From positions 3,892 to 67,891 of the forward strand of contig CAZZBO010000001.1 of assembly GCA_964652345.1 (NCBI GenBank): a stretch of DNA of 64,000 nucleotides, in the 5' to 3' direction. The stretch's first letter is position 1, and every line of letters starts with the position of its first letter. The stretch comes from an uncultured Candidatus Saccharibacteria bacterium (lineage in GTDB: Bacteria; Patescibacteriota; UBA1384; CAZZBO01). Under the pieces are notes generated by a model that saw only the letters and a list, made by a program, of their open reading frames with translations, searched no databases and was not told the DNA's origin. A program made the position numbers and the translations under genes. Shown in pieces: positions 8,303 to 17,393 of this stretch.

Positions 8303-8338
8303 ACTTGTATTATAATAATGGTATGATACAATAGTATT

Positions 8339-8560
8339 ATGAAAACTTGTATCTCAATCCTACTATTAGAATACATCTTTCCTTTGATTTTTACAAGGGA
8401 GTTTAATGTTGTGTGCGCACGGGTGGGTGGGGCAAGGGCAACATCAACTCTGGTGGCGTATTTTGCTTTGCAAAATACGAAAATCTTGAAAGCTAATTTG
8501 GACTCGGCGGGGCAAACACAAATTCCTTACGATTTCACAAAAAGTGATAATTGGCGGTGA
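8339..8560 (+). pseudogene. Short ORF reading into the tRNA end; possible remnant of the island recombinase
   Basis: Divergent from the HTH. Its stop codon lies inside the tRNA-end core (...KSDNWR*). It contains the 56-bp repeat, and no catalytic motif is visible. Confidence 0.3.
8424..8479 (+). repeat. 56-bp direct repeat, copy 2
   Basis: Identical to 5108-5163. Confidence 0.95.
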
Positions 8561-8641
8561 GGGTGGGATTCGAACCCACGGAGACCTTTCAGCCTCACTT
8601 GTTTTCAAGACAAGCGCACTAGTCCGCTATGCGACCTCACC
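8552..8641 (-). tRNA. tRNA-Ser(UGA)
   Basis: GGTGAGG acceptor stem, CTTGT-CTTGAAA-ACAAG anticodon arm, long variable arm, GGTTCGAATCC, encoded CCA. Confidence 0.96.
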
Positions 8642-8655
8642 AAACAAAAATAAAA

Positions 8656-8731
8656 TGGCGCGCCCGGCAGGAATCGAACCTGCGACCTTCTGGACCGCAA
8701 CCAGACGCTCTATCCACTGGGCTACGGGCGC
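8656..8731 (-). tRNA. tRNA-Arg(GCG)
   Basis: GCGCCCG acceptor stem, TCTGG-TTGCGGT-CCAGA anticodon arm, GGTTCGATTCC, CCA; 76 nt. Confidence 0.95.
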
Positions 8732-8925
8732 ACTCAACATATTTTATCATAAATTTAACCTGATAACAATTAGATATTTATATCTTGTCTTGGGCGAGGT
8801 GCTGGTTTTTTAACTCTTTAAAGACGAAGTGTTGATTATTTTTAAAAATTAGTTAATATTATTCTAACAATCCGCAAGAGAAGGTCTTGACTGTTCTATT
8901 GTGGAATACTGTGGGAGGTATAGGA

Positions 8926-9120
8926 TTGGAGATTTATTTTTCCAGTGAAGCTGTAGCACTAGCGTGCGATGGCGTTTTTCCAGCAAACAGATTGGACGTC
9001 ATCCGCAACATTCCTGACCCCTGGAGGGCGTACCAGTACGCCATAGACGCACTGAACAAGGAAGCTCTACCAGAGGAACCAGACGAGTTTCTTCGTCAAT
9101 CAGGCATTTGCTTCGGCTGA
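8926..9120 (+). CDS. Small hypothetical protein
   Basis: GGAGG lies upstream of an in-frame TTG at 8926 (ORF track 8887-9120); a hairpin terminator follows. Confidence 0.5.
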   Translation: MEIYFSSEAVALACDGVFPANRLDVIRNIPDPWRAYQYAIDALNKEALPEEPDEFLRQSGICFG

Positions 9121-9133
9121 TGCCATTTGTTTG

Positions 9134-9169
9134 GCCCGTTAAATAACATTGCATATTTGGCGGGCTTTT
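9134..9169 (+). terminator. Rho-independent terminator
   Basis: GCCCGTTAAATA...TATTTGGCGGGC followed by TTTT. Confidence 0.6.
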
Positions 9170-9698
9170 GTTGTATAATGATATTATGCAAAAGAAAAAT
9201 GAAAAAATTGTTTATAAGAAAAAAAGCGAAAAAAAACAAGAGAGATCGTTTTCAGCAATCGTATGGCAGACTCATGAATTTTCCAAATTTGACCCTTGGA
9301 CAGGGTGGTATGTTGCTATTACATTGATGGCGACGTTGGTGATCGGCACTATTTTTTATTTCCATGTATATACCTTATTGGTCGGACTTTTTTTGATTGT
9401 GCTCTTGATAGTTCTAGAAATAAGCTTAGAACCGCGACTAGTGAGAGTAGAAGTAAATGATTTGGAAATAAAATTTGGTGAAAAAAAATTTAGTTATACT
9501 AAGATAAAATCTTATTCGATCACAAAGTTAAGAGAAAAAAAGCATCTTGTTCTTAAAACTACAATGCCCCTAATGTCTTTGGTGGATATTCCGCTTGGCA
9601 AGCAAACAGAGGAAGAGTTAAGAAATTTTTTAAACAAGCAAGTTCCCTATTGTCATATAGAAAAACACCCTGTTGATAGGTTGATTTTTTGGAGATAA
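9168..9698 (+). CDS. Membrane protein with two TM helices and a PH-like C-terminal domain
   Basis: W-x-THEF...WY, two TM helices, then a soluble domain ending HPVDRL; true start is probably a later ATG. Confidence 0.65.
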   Translation: MLYNDIMQKKNEKIVYKKKSEKKQERSFSAIVWQTHEFSKFDPWTGWYVAITLMATLVIGTIFYFHVYTLLVGLFLIVLLIVLEISLEPRLVRVEVNDLEIKFGEKKFSYTKIKSYSITKLREKKHLVLKTTMPLMSLVDIPLGKQTEEELRNFLNKQVPYCHIEKHPVDRLIFWR

Positions 9699-9752
9699 AT
9701 TTATAAACTCAAACAGGATATTAAATTTTTTTAATTATTTTATTACGAAATC

Positions 9753-10913
9753 ATGGACAAAAAATATATTTTAGTAACTGGTGGAGCCGGCTATATTGGA
9801 GCTTTTACTGTTAAAGAGCTACTTGATCACAATTATCCAGTATTGGTGGTGGATAGCCTTGAAAACGGGCATAGAGAAGCTGTGGATAAAAGGGCAGTGC
9901 TGGAAGTTGCCGATTTAGGCGACAAAAAAGCAATACAGAAAATTTTTCATAAATATTCGATAGAAGCTGTGATAGATTTCGCGGCTTATCTTGCAGTAGG
10001 TGAATCAATGATAAATCCTCAAAAATATTTGAAAAACAATGTAGAAAATTTCATAAATTTACTTGAAGTTTTAAAAGATAGTGGATGTAAGTATGTGATA
10101 AAATCATCAACAGCTTCCACCTATGGCGATCCAAAAGACAAATATTTTCCTCTCGAGGAAAATTATCAGGATAGCATCAAACTTGAAAAATCAGCGCTTT
10201 TAGAAGGAGAGTGGAATGGAGAAAAAACAAGTAGTGAAGATTTTTTAACAAAGTATTTTGAATTTTATAATAACATTATTTCTAGCAGGCAAGAACTGAA
10301 ATTGGATAAAGAAGAGAAGACAAAGCTAAGAATTCCGGCATCTATCTATGGAGTTACAAAATTGACTGATGAAATTTTGATGCAAAAATATGAAAAAATG
10401 TATGGATTAAAAAGCATTGCTTTGCGTTATTTTAATGTTTGCGGAGCAAGCATAGACGGCAAATTGGGTGAAAACAAGCCCAAGCCGACAACACTTATGA
10501 CTTTAGCGATAGACAGTATTTTTTCAAAAAATAAATTAAAGGTATTTGGCAACGATTATCCTACTAAAGATGGCACGGGTTTGCGCGACTATATTCACCC
10601 GTTGGATTTGGCAACAGGGCATTTGAGGGCGTTAGAATATTTAAAAAAACACAATACATCTCAAGTCATAAATCTGGGTAGGGGGGAGGGATTCACAGTG
10701 CTAGAGGTAATTAAAGCGGTTGAGAAAGCAAGTGGCAAAAATATAAACTTTGAATTTGTTCCAAGAAGAAGTGGAGATCCGGCGATCTCTTTTGCCAAAG
10801 TGGAAAAAGCTCACAGATTGCTTGATTGGCAGGCAAAATACAATCTAGATGATATGGCAAAAGCATCCTGGAAGTGGACTAGCAACTTAAAAGAGGGTAG
10901 AGTTTACTATTGA
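9753..10913 (+). CDS. galE: UDP-glucose 4-epimerase with an internal insertion
   Basis: TGGAGYIG, AVGESM, YGVTK, LRYFNVCGA, DGTGLRDYIH, RRSGDP. Confidence 0.9.
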   Translation: MDKKYILVTGGAGYIGAFTVKELLDHNYPVLVVDSLENGHREAVDKRAVLEVADLGDKKAIQKIFHKYSIEAVIDFAAYLAVGESMINPQKYLKNNVENFINLLEVLKDSGCKYVIKSSTASTYGDPKDKYFPLEENYQDSIKLEKSALLEGEWNGEKTSSEDFLTKYFEFYNNIISSRQELKLDKEEKTKLRIPASIYGVTKLTDEILMQKYEKMYGLKSIALRYFNVCGASIDGKLGENKPKPTTLMTLAIDSIFSKNKLKVFGNDYPTKDGTGLRDYIHPLDLATGHLRALEYLKKHNTSQVINLGRGEGFTVLEVIKAVEKASGKNINFEFVPRRSGDPAISFAKVEKAHRLLDWQAKYNLDDMAKASWKWTSNLKEGRVYY

Positions 10914-11335
10914 TTTTTGCCGAAAAAATTTTTTAAAAATCCTCTTGAGGAAAAATGAGAAAATACCCAGTATTTTGAGATGAAAAAGTTCCATGATACT
11001 GTGACAATAGTTGCGCCAAGATAAGCTATAAGATCATTGAGTTTGACAATATGGACCAAGATATAGAGGGTTGAAGCATTTATTGCTAAACCAATTCCTG
11101 CAGTAATATAAAATTTGATAATTTCGTTGTACCGCGCTTTATCTGATTTTTTAAATGTCCAATTGCGATTAGCGTAGTAGCTAAATGCGGACGCAAAGAT
11201 AAATGCGATAATTTTTGCTCGCACGGGTTTGTCGGAGAATAGATCGACAAATCGTGTTAGTCCGAAGTATATTAAAAAATCAATTAATGTATTGACCGAA
11301 CCAACGATTCCAAATTTTATAAACTGTCTTGGCAC
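10907..11335 (-). CDS. GtrA-family flippase-like protein
   Basis: QFIKFGIVG, NRNWTF and NFFISKYWVF; four TM helices. Confidence 0.88.
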   Translation of the reverse strand: MPRQFIKFGIVGSVNTLIDFLIYFGLTRFVDLFSDKPVRAKIIAFIFASAFSYYANRNWTFKKSDKARYNEIIKFYITAGIGLAINASTLYILVHIVKLNDLIAYLGATIVTVSWNFFISKYWVFSHFSSRGFLKNFFGKNQ

Positions 11336-11396
11336 TTGTTTATTTTAACAAAATTAGTTATTGATTAAAAGTAGAAAATAGAGTATTTTTATTTAT

Positions 11397-12098
11397 ATGT
11401 ATATGAAACTAGCAATAATTATTCCCGCTTACAATGAGGAGGGCTCTATTGAAAAAGTGCTTAAGAGCCTACCAAAAAAAATTAAGGGAGTCAACGAGAT
11501 TGTCAGTATTGTGATTGACGATGGATCTACTGACCAAACATTTTTAAAAGCAAAAGATCTTGCAAATTATTGCGTTAGACATGTAGTTAATTTAGGTTTA
11601 GGAGCGGCATTGACTACTGGATTTAATGTGGCAAAAATTATTGATGCAGATTTAGCACTTACCCTTGATGGCGATGGACAACACGACCCGAAAAATATTA
11701 TTAGTTTAATAAACCCAATTATGACAAGAAAAGCAGATGTTGTAATAGGCACAAGAATGAAAAATACAAAAGGAATGCCATTAATTAAAGTATTTGGTAA
11801 TTGGGCTATGAATGTGATGACAGCTTTAGTACTACAAGCTTGGTCAAGCGATACACAGTCAGGAATGAGAGCACTATCTAGAAAAGCTTTACAAAAAATG
11901 GAATTAAATTCTGTTGGTTATGAGATCTCTTCTGAAATAATAGGTGAAGCGCATAGGACTAAGCAAAGAGTAATAGAAATTCCAATAAAAACAATTTATA
12001 CAGATTATTCTATGGCTAAAGGGCAAAGTGTAATAAATGCGGTGAATATTTTTACAAAGCTTATAACAATAAAAATAACTGGGAAAAAGAAATGTTAA
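11397..12098 (+). CDS. GT2 glycosyltransferase (DPM synthase-like)
   Basis: IPAYNE, DDGSTD, NLGLGAA, DGDGQH, DTQSG. Confidence 0.9.
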   Translation: MYMKLAIIIPAYNEEGSIEKVLKSLPKKIKGVNEIVSIVIDDGSTDQTFLKAKDLANYCVRHVVNLGLGAALTTGFNVAKIIDADLALTLDGDGQHDPKNIISLINPIMTRKADVVIGTRMKNTKGMPLIKVFGNWAMNVMTALVLQAWSSDTQSGMRALSRKALQKMELNSVGYEISSEIIGEAHRTKQRVIEIPIKTIYTDYSMAKGQSVINAVNIFTKLITIKITGKKKC

Positions 12099-12424
12099 TA
12101 TTTACAAAAATTCTTATAATTTTTATGGCAATACTTGTTATATCTAAATCTTTACATGATTATAAGAAAAAAAATGAAAATATTTATACTTTTCTATTTT
12201 GGAGTGGAACATGGATTTTTATTGTTTATGTTGCACTTAAACCCGATTTATTTTATGACATCATTAATAGTCTGAGTAATGAAAATATTGGTATAGGAAC
12301 CTTGGTTGGTGTAGCATTTGTTTTTTTATTTTTTATAACTTATCGGATTTATATAAAGACTAACCGATTAGAGCAAAAAATTAAAGAAATTGTCATGAAA
12401 ATCGGACTGAAGGATGTTGAGTAA
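12092..12424 (+). CDS. DUF2304-like membrane protein
   Basis: Three TM helices and a LEQKIKEIV tail; follows a DPM-like GT2. Confidence 0.75.
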   Translation: MLIFTKILIIFMAILVISKSLHDYKKKNENIYTFLFWSGTWIFIVYVALKPDLFYDIINSLSNENIGIGTLVGVAFVFLFFITYRIYIKTNRLEQKIKEIVMKIGLKDVE

Positions 12425-13227
12425 TGAAGATCTCAATAGTAGTGCCGTCTTTTAATCAAAAAAAGTACATTGGAAGAACCATTGAGAGTATATTAAGTCA
12501 AGAGGGTGACTTTAGGATTGAGTGTATAGTGTTTGACGGTGGATCTACTGATGGGACTGTTGAAATCCTCAAGGAGTTTTCAAAGAAAATTAATGATGGG
12601 GCGTATCAAGACAAAAGCCAAGGTGTTGATTTTTTTTGGGTAAGCAAAAAAGATAAGGGGCAGTCGGACGCAATAAACCAAGGACTAAAAAAAGCAAGTG
12701 GAGACATTCTTGCTTACCTAAATTCTGATGATGTTTATATTGAGGGTAGCTTTCAAAAGATAGTAGATGCCTTTGGGGCTGGGTCAAAAGAAATGTGGTT
12801 AACGGGATTTTGTGGAATAATAGATGGACAAGACAGAAAGACTAGAAATATTATCGCGGGTTATAAAAATTTTTGGTTGCGCCACTATTCGTATAATAAA
12901 CTTCTAGTTTTAAATTTTATAAGTCAGCCTGCTACTTTTTGGAAACGGGATGTTCACGGTAAGGGTGGGTATTTTAATGAAAATATGCATTACGCAATGG
13001 ATTATGATTTTTGGCTACGAATAGGCAAGAATTACCGTCCAATTATTTTAGATAGTGAGTTAGCGGACTTTCGGGTTCATAAAGAGTCAAAGGGTGAGAC
13101 AACCTATAAAAAACAATTCGCAGAAGATTTTGAAATTTCTAAAAAATATTCCAAGAACAAAATACTAAATCTCTTACACCAAATACATAATTTTTTGATT
13201 GTATCAATTTATAAACTAATTAAATGA
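12424..13227 (+). CDS. GT2 glycosyltransferase
   Basis: PSFNQ, DGGSTDGT, GQSDAIN, YLNSDD, SQPATF, MDYDFWLR. Confidence 0.92.
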   Translation: MKISIVVPSFNQKKYIGRTIESILSQEGDFRIECIVFDGGSTDGTVEILKEFSKKINDGAYQDKSQGVDFFWVSKKDKGQSDAINQGLKKASGDILAYLNSDDVYIEGSFQKIVDAFGAGSKEMWLTGFCGIIDGQDRKTRNIIAGYKNFWLRHYSYNKLLVLNFISQPATFWKRDVHGKGGYFNENMHYAMDYDFWLRIGKNYRPIILDSELADFRVHKESKGETTYKKQFAEDFEISKKYSKNKILNLLHQIHNFLIVSIYKLIK

Positions 13228-14426
13228 AAAAAGAATCGTGTATCGTTATAATTCATCCACACTTTACTATACCGGGTGGCGCGGGGAAAGTGATTCTAGA
13301 GTTGGGTAAAAGACTATCCCGTGAATATGATATAAAAATTATTTGTCAGCGAGCAAATAAGGAAATAATAGATAATTACCCTGAGATTGAAGTATTGTCA
13401 CTCCAAGGACCTCTTACTCACAGTATATTTTTTTGGTCTTCGTTTTTCTTTTGGCGACAAAAAACACACAAAATAATTGACAGTATCAAAATAAAGTATA
13501 AAAAAATCGTTGTTATTTGTAATGTATTTCCTGCGAATTGGATTGGAATTCCATATAAAAATAAAAATCCACAAATTCCTATGTATTGGTATTGTCATGA
13601 ACCAAGTGCTTTCATTCATGATGCAAAATGGATAAATGCTATAATCAATCCTAGTAAGCGAGCTTTAATCAAAATATTACTTCCATTACTATCTAGATAC
13701 GATAAATTTTTAACGAAAAAAACAGATAAAATATTTGCAAATTCTATTTTCACACAAAGAAATATAAAAAAAACATATAAACGAGAATCAATAGTAATTT
13801 ATCCGGGAGTAGACAGTGAAAAATTTCTACCCATTGAATTTAATAAAAAAAAGGACTATATTTTGACAGTCGGCAGATTAACTAAGTTTAAAAGAATTGA
13901 TATTTTAATTAATACACTAAAACAATTAAAAAATAAAAAAATTATTCTAAAAGTCGTAGGAGATGGGGAAGAAAAAATGAGCTTATTAGCATTAACAAAG
14001 AAATTGAACTTAGAAAATAGAGTTGAGTTTATTTCGGGTATTTCTGATGAAGATTTAGTCGAAATTTATGCTAAGGCAAAAATTTTTATACTAGCATCAA
14101 AAAATGAACCCTTTGGAATAGTACCAATTGAAGCAATGGCTTCAGGAACGATGGTTATCGCAGACAACTCAGGGGGACCAAAGGAAATTATTGATCATAA
14201 TAAAAATGGAATCTTGATTAATGATATGAAGTGTAGTGAATTAACAATAATTTTGGATAATTTATTTTCAACAGAAAAGGTAATTAGTGACTTATCTAAA
14301 AATACTCGTTTGAAAGTAATTAATAGATTCACATGGGATAACAGTGTAAAGGAGATTTCAAAACAATTATGGTGTATTTCGATATCATTGATTCTATCTA
14401 CATATTTGGAATATTTATTCTATTAA
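13224..14426 (+). CDS. GT4 glycosyltransferase
   Basis: GGAGKV, VGRL..FKR, EPFGIVPIEAMASG. Confidence 0.92.
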   Translation: MKKESCIVIIHPHFTIPGGAGKVILELGKRLSREYDIKIICQRANKEIIDNYPEIEVLSLQGPLTHSIFFWSSFFFWRQKTHKIIDSIKIKYKKIVVICNVFPANWIGIPYKNKNPQIPMYWYCHEPSAFIHDAKWINAIINPSKRALIKILLPLLSRYDKFLTKKTDKIFANSIFTQRNIKKTYKRESIVIYPGVDSEKFLPIEFNKKKDYILTVGRLTKFKRIDILINTLKQLKNKKIILKVVGDGEEKMSLLALTKKLNLENRVEFISGISDEDLVEIYAKAKIFILASKNEPFGIVPIEAMASGTMVIADNSGGPKEIIDHNKNGILINDMKCSELTIILDNLFSTEKVISDLSKNTRLKVINRFTWDNSVKEISKQLWCISISLILSTYLEYLFY

Positions 14427-16291
14427 CAATGATGTCTTTTTCATTTTATTTACCTCTAAGACAGCTGATCAAAGATAGCGATATAGTTTTGGCTCTAGTA
14501 ATTCCTATTTCATTGAGTATGATAATTTCAATAGGATATATTTTTTATTTAACTCCTTTCATAAATTTTTTTCCTCTATTTCTAATAGTATTTTTAATAA
14601 TTTTAAATTCTCTCTTTTTTATTAAGCATGATAATATAAAATTCACTATTACATCAAAAGCGGTTTTTCCCTCTTTATTTGTTTTGATACCTGTAATATT
14701 TACCAGATATTACGATTCGATTGTTAATATAATTCCCGGAAATAATGATACATTCAACCATATATATTTTCTGTTAGATCTCGACAGAATTGGATATATA
14801 AGCAGTTCGTACTATGCCCCAGCCCTTCAATTAATATTTTATCCTATATTTAAATTACTTCCTATATCAGAAATATATCGTTTTGGTGGACCAACACTTG
14901 GAATTATAACCCTACTGTCATTATTTCTAATATTGAGAAATTTAGTCAAACATCAATTAAGTTTGATATTTTTTATCTTACTTTCCTGTTTGCCAATATT
15001 TAATCAATTCACATTACAATCAATTAGTTTTTTTACTTCAGCATTGAGCTTTATTTTTTTTGTTACAATTATTTATATATTAGGAATGGATAAATTAATC
15101 AATGCTAAACTAAGATTATTTTTATTACTTATAATTAATATTGCCATAGCTTTGTCAGTGCCTTATTTATTCGTACAATTAATCCCTGCCCAATTCATCC
15201 TTTTATGTTTGATAATTGTATATAAAAGAAAATTTAGCTCTGAATACATAAAAATTATTAGTTATTGCCTGGCTTTATGTATTTTAGGCTTTGCGTTTGC
15301 TTTCTTTCACATCGTGTTACAAACAAAGCTATTAGGAAGAGGAACTCAAGCATCTTTTCCAATGATACCAATAACAACAAATTCTGATGGAAGGTTAGTA
15401 ATTACAGATAACTTTAACTTTAAAGAAAATAATTACAATATTAAAAAAATTTTATCAGCTAATCCTTTTGCTTCACGTTACTTATTGCCCATGTACAATA
15501 CTGGATATGAACTACAAAAAATAAAAAACATCAGAAAGCCCGACAATATTGTCGCAATTGGGTCATATATTTGGATTATATTATCAATTCCACTAATATT
15601 TTTTTCATTAAGAATTAAAAATAATTATTTATTTATTATTTCAATTTTTAGTATATTTTTTGGAATCTTAACACAAACTGGTTTATTAGAAATGAGTATT
15701 TATAGAGGAAGAGTTGGTTGGTATTTATTACTTCTGTGTTTATTAGGGTCAACAATAGTTTTCGATGAATTAATTAAAAATAGAACAATTCAATATTTAA
15801 AATTAATTTGTATAATCTTACTACCTTTATCATTTTTCGATCCGCCCAAATTTTATCGACCACATTATACTGATTCATATGATTTCGCATATTATTTAAA
15901 TCAAAATATTGAAAAAAACAAAAAAGTATATTTTATTGCCAGAGATCAACAGCTCGCTCTTTTATCAGATAGATTTATAATCAAACCCCTTGAATTAAAT
16001 TCTTTTCAGACACTAACAAAGCAATCCAATGTATATTTAATTATTGAAAAATTTTATAAAATCGCAGACCCAGTGCTTTCTCAGCGAGCATATTCTAATG
16101 ACAAAAATTATAAAGAATATTTTATAGCACAAGAAAAAGAAACCGCTATGTTTAATGAATATAATGAATTAATACTTAATTCTGAAGAGATTAGATCTTA
16201 TCAACTTATAAAAGAAACGGACACTTTAAAAATATATCAAAGAAAGGATGTAAATGAAATATCTATTATCAATAGTAATACCAATTTATAA
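14369..16291 (+). CDS. Polytopic membrane protein, GT-C-like
   Basis: Many TM helices; PGNNDTFNH and YYAP loop motifs; soluble C-terminal domain. Confidence 0.55.
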   Translation: MVYFDIIDSIYIFGIFILLTMMSFSFYLPLRQLIKDSDIVLALVIPISLSMIISIGYIFYLTPFINFFPLFLIVFLIILNSLFFIKHDNIKFTITSKAVFPSLFVLIPVIFTRYYDSIVNIIPGNNDTFNHIYFLLDLDRIGYISSSYYAPALQLIFYPIFKLLPISEIYRFGGPTLGIITLLSLFLILRNLVKHQLSLIFFILLSCLPIFNQFTLQSISFFTSALSFIFFVTIIYILGMDKLINAKLRLFLLLIINIAIALSVPYLFVQLIPAQFILLCLIIVYKRKFSSEYIKIISYCLALCILGFAFAFFHIVLQTKLLGRGTQASFPMIPITTNSDGRLVITDNFNFKENNYNIKKILSANPFASRYLLPMYNTGYELQKIKNIRKPDNIVAIGSYIWIILSIPLIFFSLRIKNNYLFIISIFSIFFGILTQTGLLEMSIYRGRVGWYLLLLCLLGSTIVFDELIKNRTIQYLKLICIILLPLSFFDPPKFYRPHYTDSYDFAYYLNQNIEKNKKVYFIARDQQLALLSDRFIIKPLELNSFQTLTKQSNVYLIIEKFYKIADPVLSQRAYSNDKNYKEYFIAQEKETAMFNEYNELILNSEEIRSYQLIKETDTLKIYQRKDVNEISIINSNTNL

Positions 16292-17378
16292 TGAAATTAG
16301 CACAATAGATGAAATACTAAAAACAGTTGAGTGCGCAAAACTCCCTAAAGATATTGAACGAGAAATTATACTGGTAGACGATTGTTCGACTGACGGCACA
16401 AAAGATATATTAAAAAAATTACAAAAAACAAATAAATATAAAATTATTTATCATGAAGTTAACCTGGGAAAGGGAGCGGCACTAAGAACGGGCTTCCTTA
16501 ATGCGAAGGGGGATTTTATCCTTGTTCAAGATGCCGATTTAGAATACGACCCCAATGAGTATTCTGTACTCTTAGAACCCATGCTATCTAAAGGTGCTGA
16601 TGTTGTATATGGTTCTCGTTTTATGGGAGGAAGGCCTCATAGGGTTTTATATTTTTGGCATATGGTTGGCAATAAGTTTTTAACTACTCTTTCAAATATC
16701 TTTTCTGATTTAAATCTTACTGATATGGAAACTTGCTATAAACTTTTTAAAAAGGAAATAATAAAAAAAATAAATATTGAAGAAAACAGATTTGGATTTG
16801 AGCCCGAGATTACCGCTAAAATTTCATCTATTGCCAGAAAGGAAGGAATTTCAATTTATGAGGTTGGAATTTCATATTATGGAAGAACATATAATGAGGG
16901 TAAAAAAATTGGATTTAAGGATGCCCTATGGGCGTTGTACTGCATTTTGAAGTACAACGATTCAACACCAACCAAAACACTAAAATACATTGGATCTGGC
17001 CTGATAGTTTTCCTAAGTCAGATATTCACATTAACCTTGATTGTTGAAAACTTAACAACACAAAATACACTAAATCTTAATATTGCAAATATAATTAGTA
17101 TCGAAATTGCCACCCTAGTTGCTTTTATTTTGCACTCAAAAATTACCTGGAGGATAAAGTTTAAATCAATAAATGATATGATAAACAAGCTAATCAAGTT
17201 TCATTTTATAACGCTAGCTGGAGTTATTATTCGAGGATTAATTTTTTACTACCTCATTAAACAAAATTTTGATTATAGATTAGCGGCAATTGTCGGTATC
17301 TTAATAATTATTTTATTAAATTTTATAGGTTATGATAAATATGTTTTTAAAAACAGAGAAAAACTTAAATTACAATAA
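16254..17378 (+). CDS. GT2 (DPM-like)-GtrA fusion
   Basis: QDADLEYDP, DMETCYK and FGFEPE followed by a four-TM GtrA-like domain (YDKYVF). Confidence 0.85.
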   Translation: MKYLLSIVIPIYNEISTIDEILKTVECAKLPKDIEREIILVDDCSTDGTKDILKKLQKTNKYKIIYHEVNLGKGAALRTGFLNAKGDFILVQDADLEYDPNEYSVLLEPMLSKGADVVYGSRFMGGRPHRVLYFWHMVGNKFLTTLSNIFSDLNLTDMETCYKLFKKEIIKKINIEENRFGFEPEITAKISSIARKEGISIYEVGISYYGRTYNEGKKIGFKDALWALYCILKYNDSTPTKTLKYIGSGLIVFLSQIFTLTLIVENLTTQNTLNLNIANIISIEIATLVAFILHSKITWRIKFKSINDMINKLIKFHFITLAGVIIRGLIFYYLIKQNFDYRLAAIVGILIIILLNFIGYDKYVFKNREKLKLQ

Positions 17379-17393
17379 AAAAAATGTTAAACG

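Larger units (their letters stand above)
1500..8559. mobile_element. Putative ~7-kb island integrated at the 3' end of tRNA-Ser(UGA)
   Basis: Direct repeat TTGGCGGTG at 1500-1508 and 8551-8559 (the latter overlaps the tRNA CCA end). Cargo is R-M, IS, HTH, a pseudogene and GC-rich structured spacers. Confidence 0.55.

Noticed and set aside
1500-8560. CRISPR array, retron or DGR explanation for the repeats
   Set aside because: No regularly spaced repeat-spacer units and no cas or reverse transcriptase gene. The 56-bp copies are identical, with no adenine-specific differences.
8544-8813. 89-aa ORF
   Set aside because: Antisense shadow of the two tRNA genes.
10163-10334. Intein in galE
   Set aside because: Too short and lacks the C/S start and HN-C/S/T end motifs.
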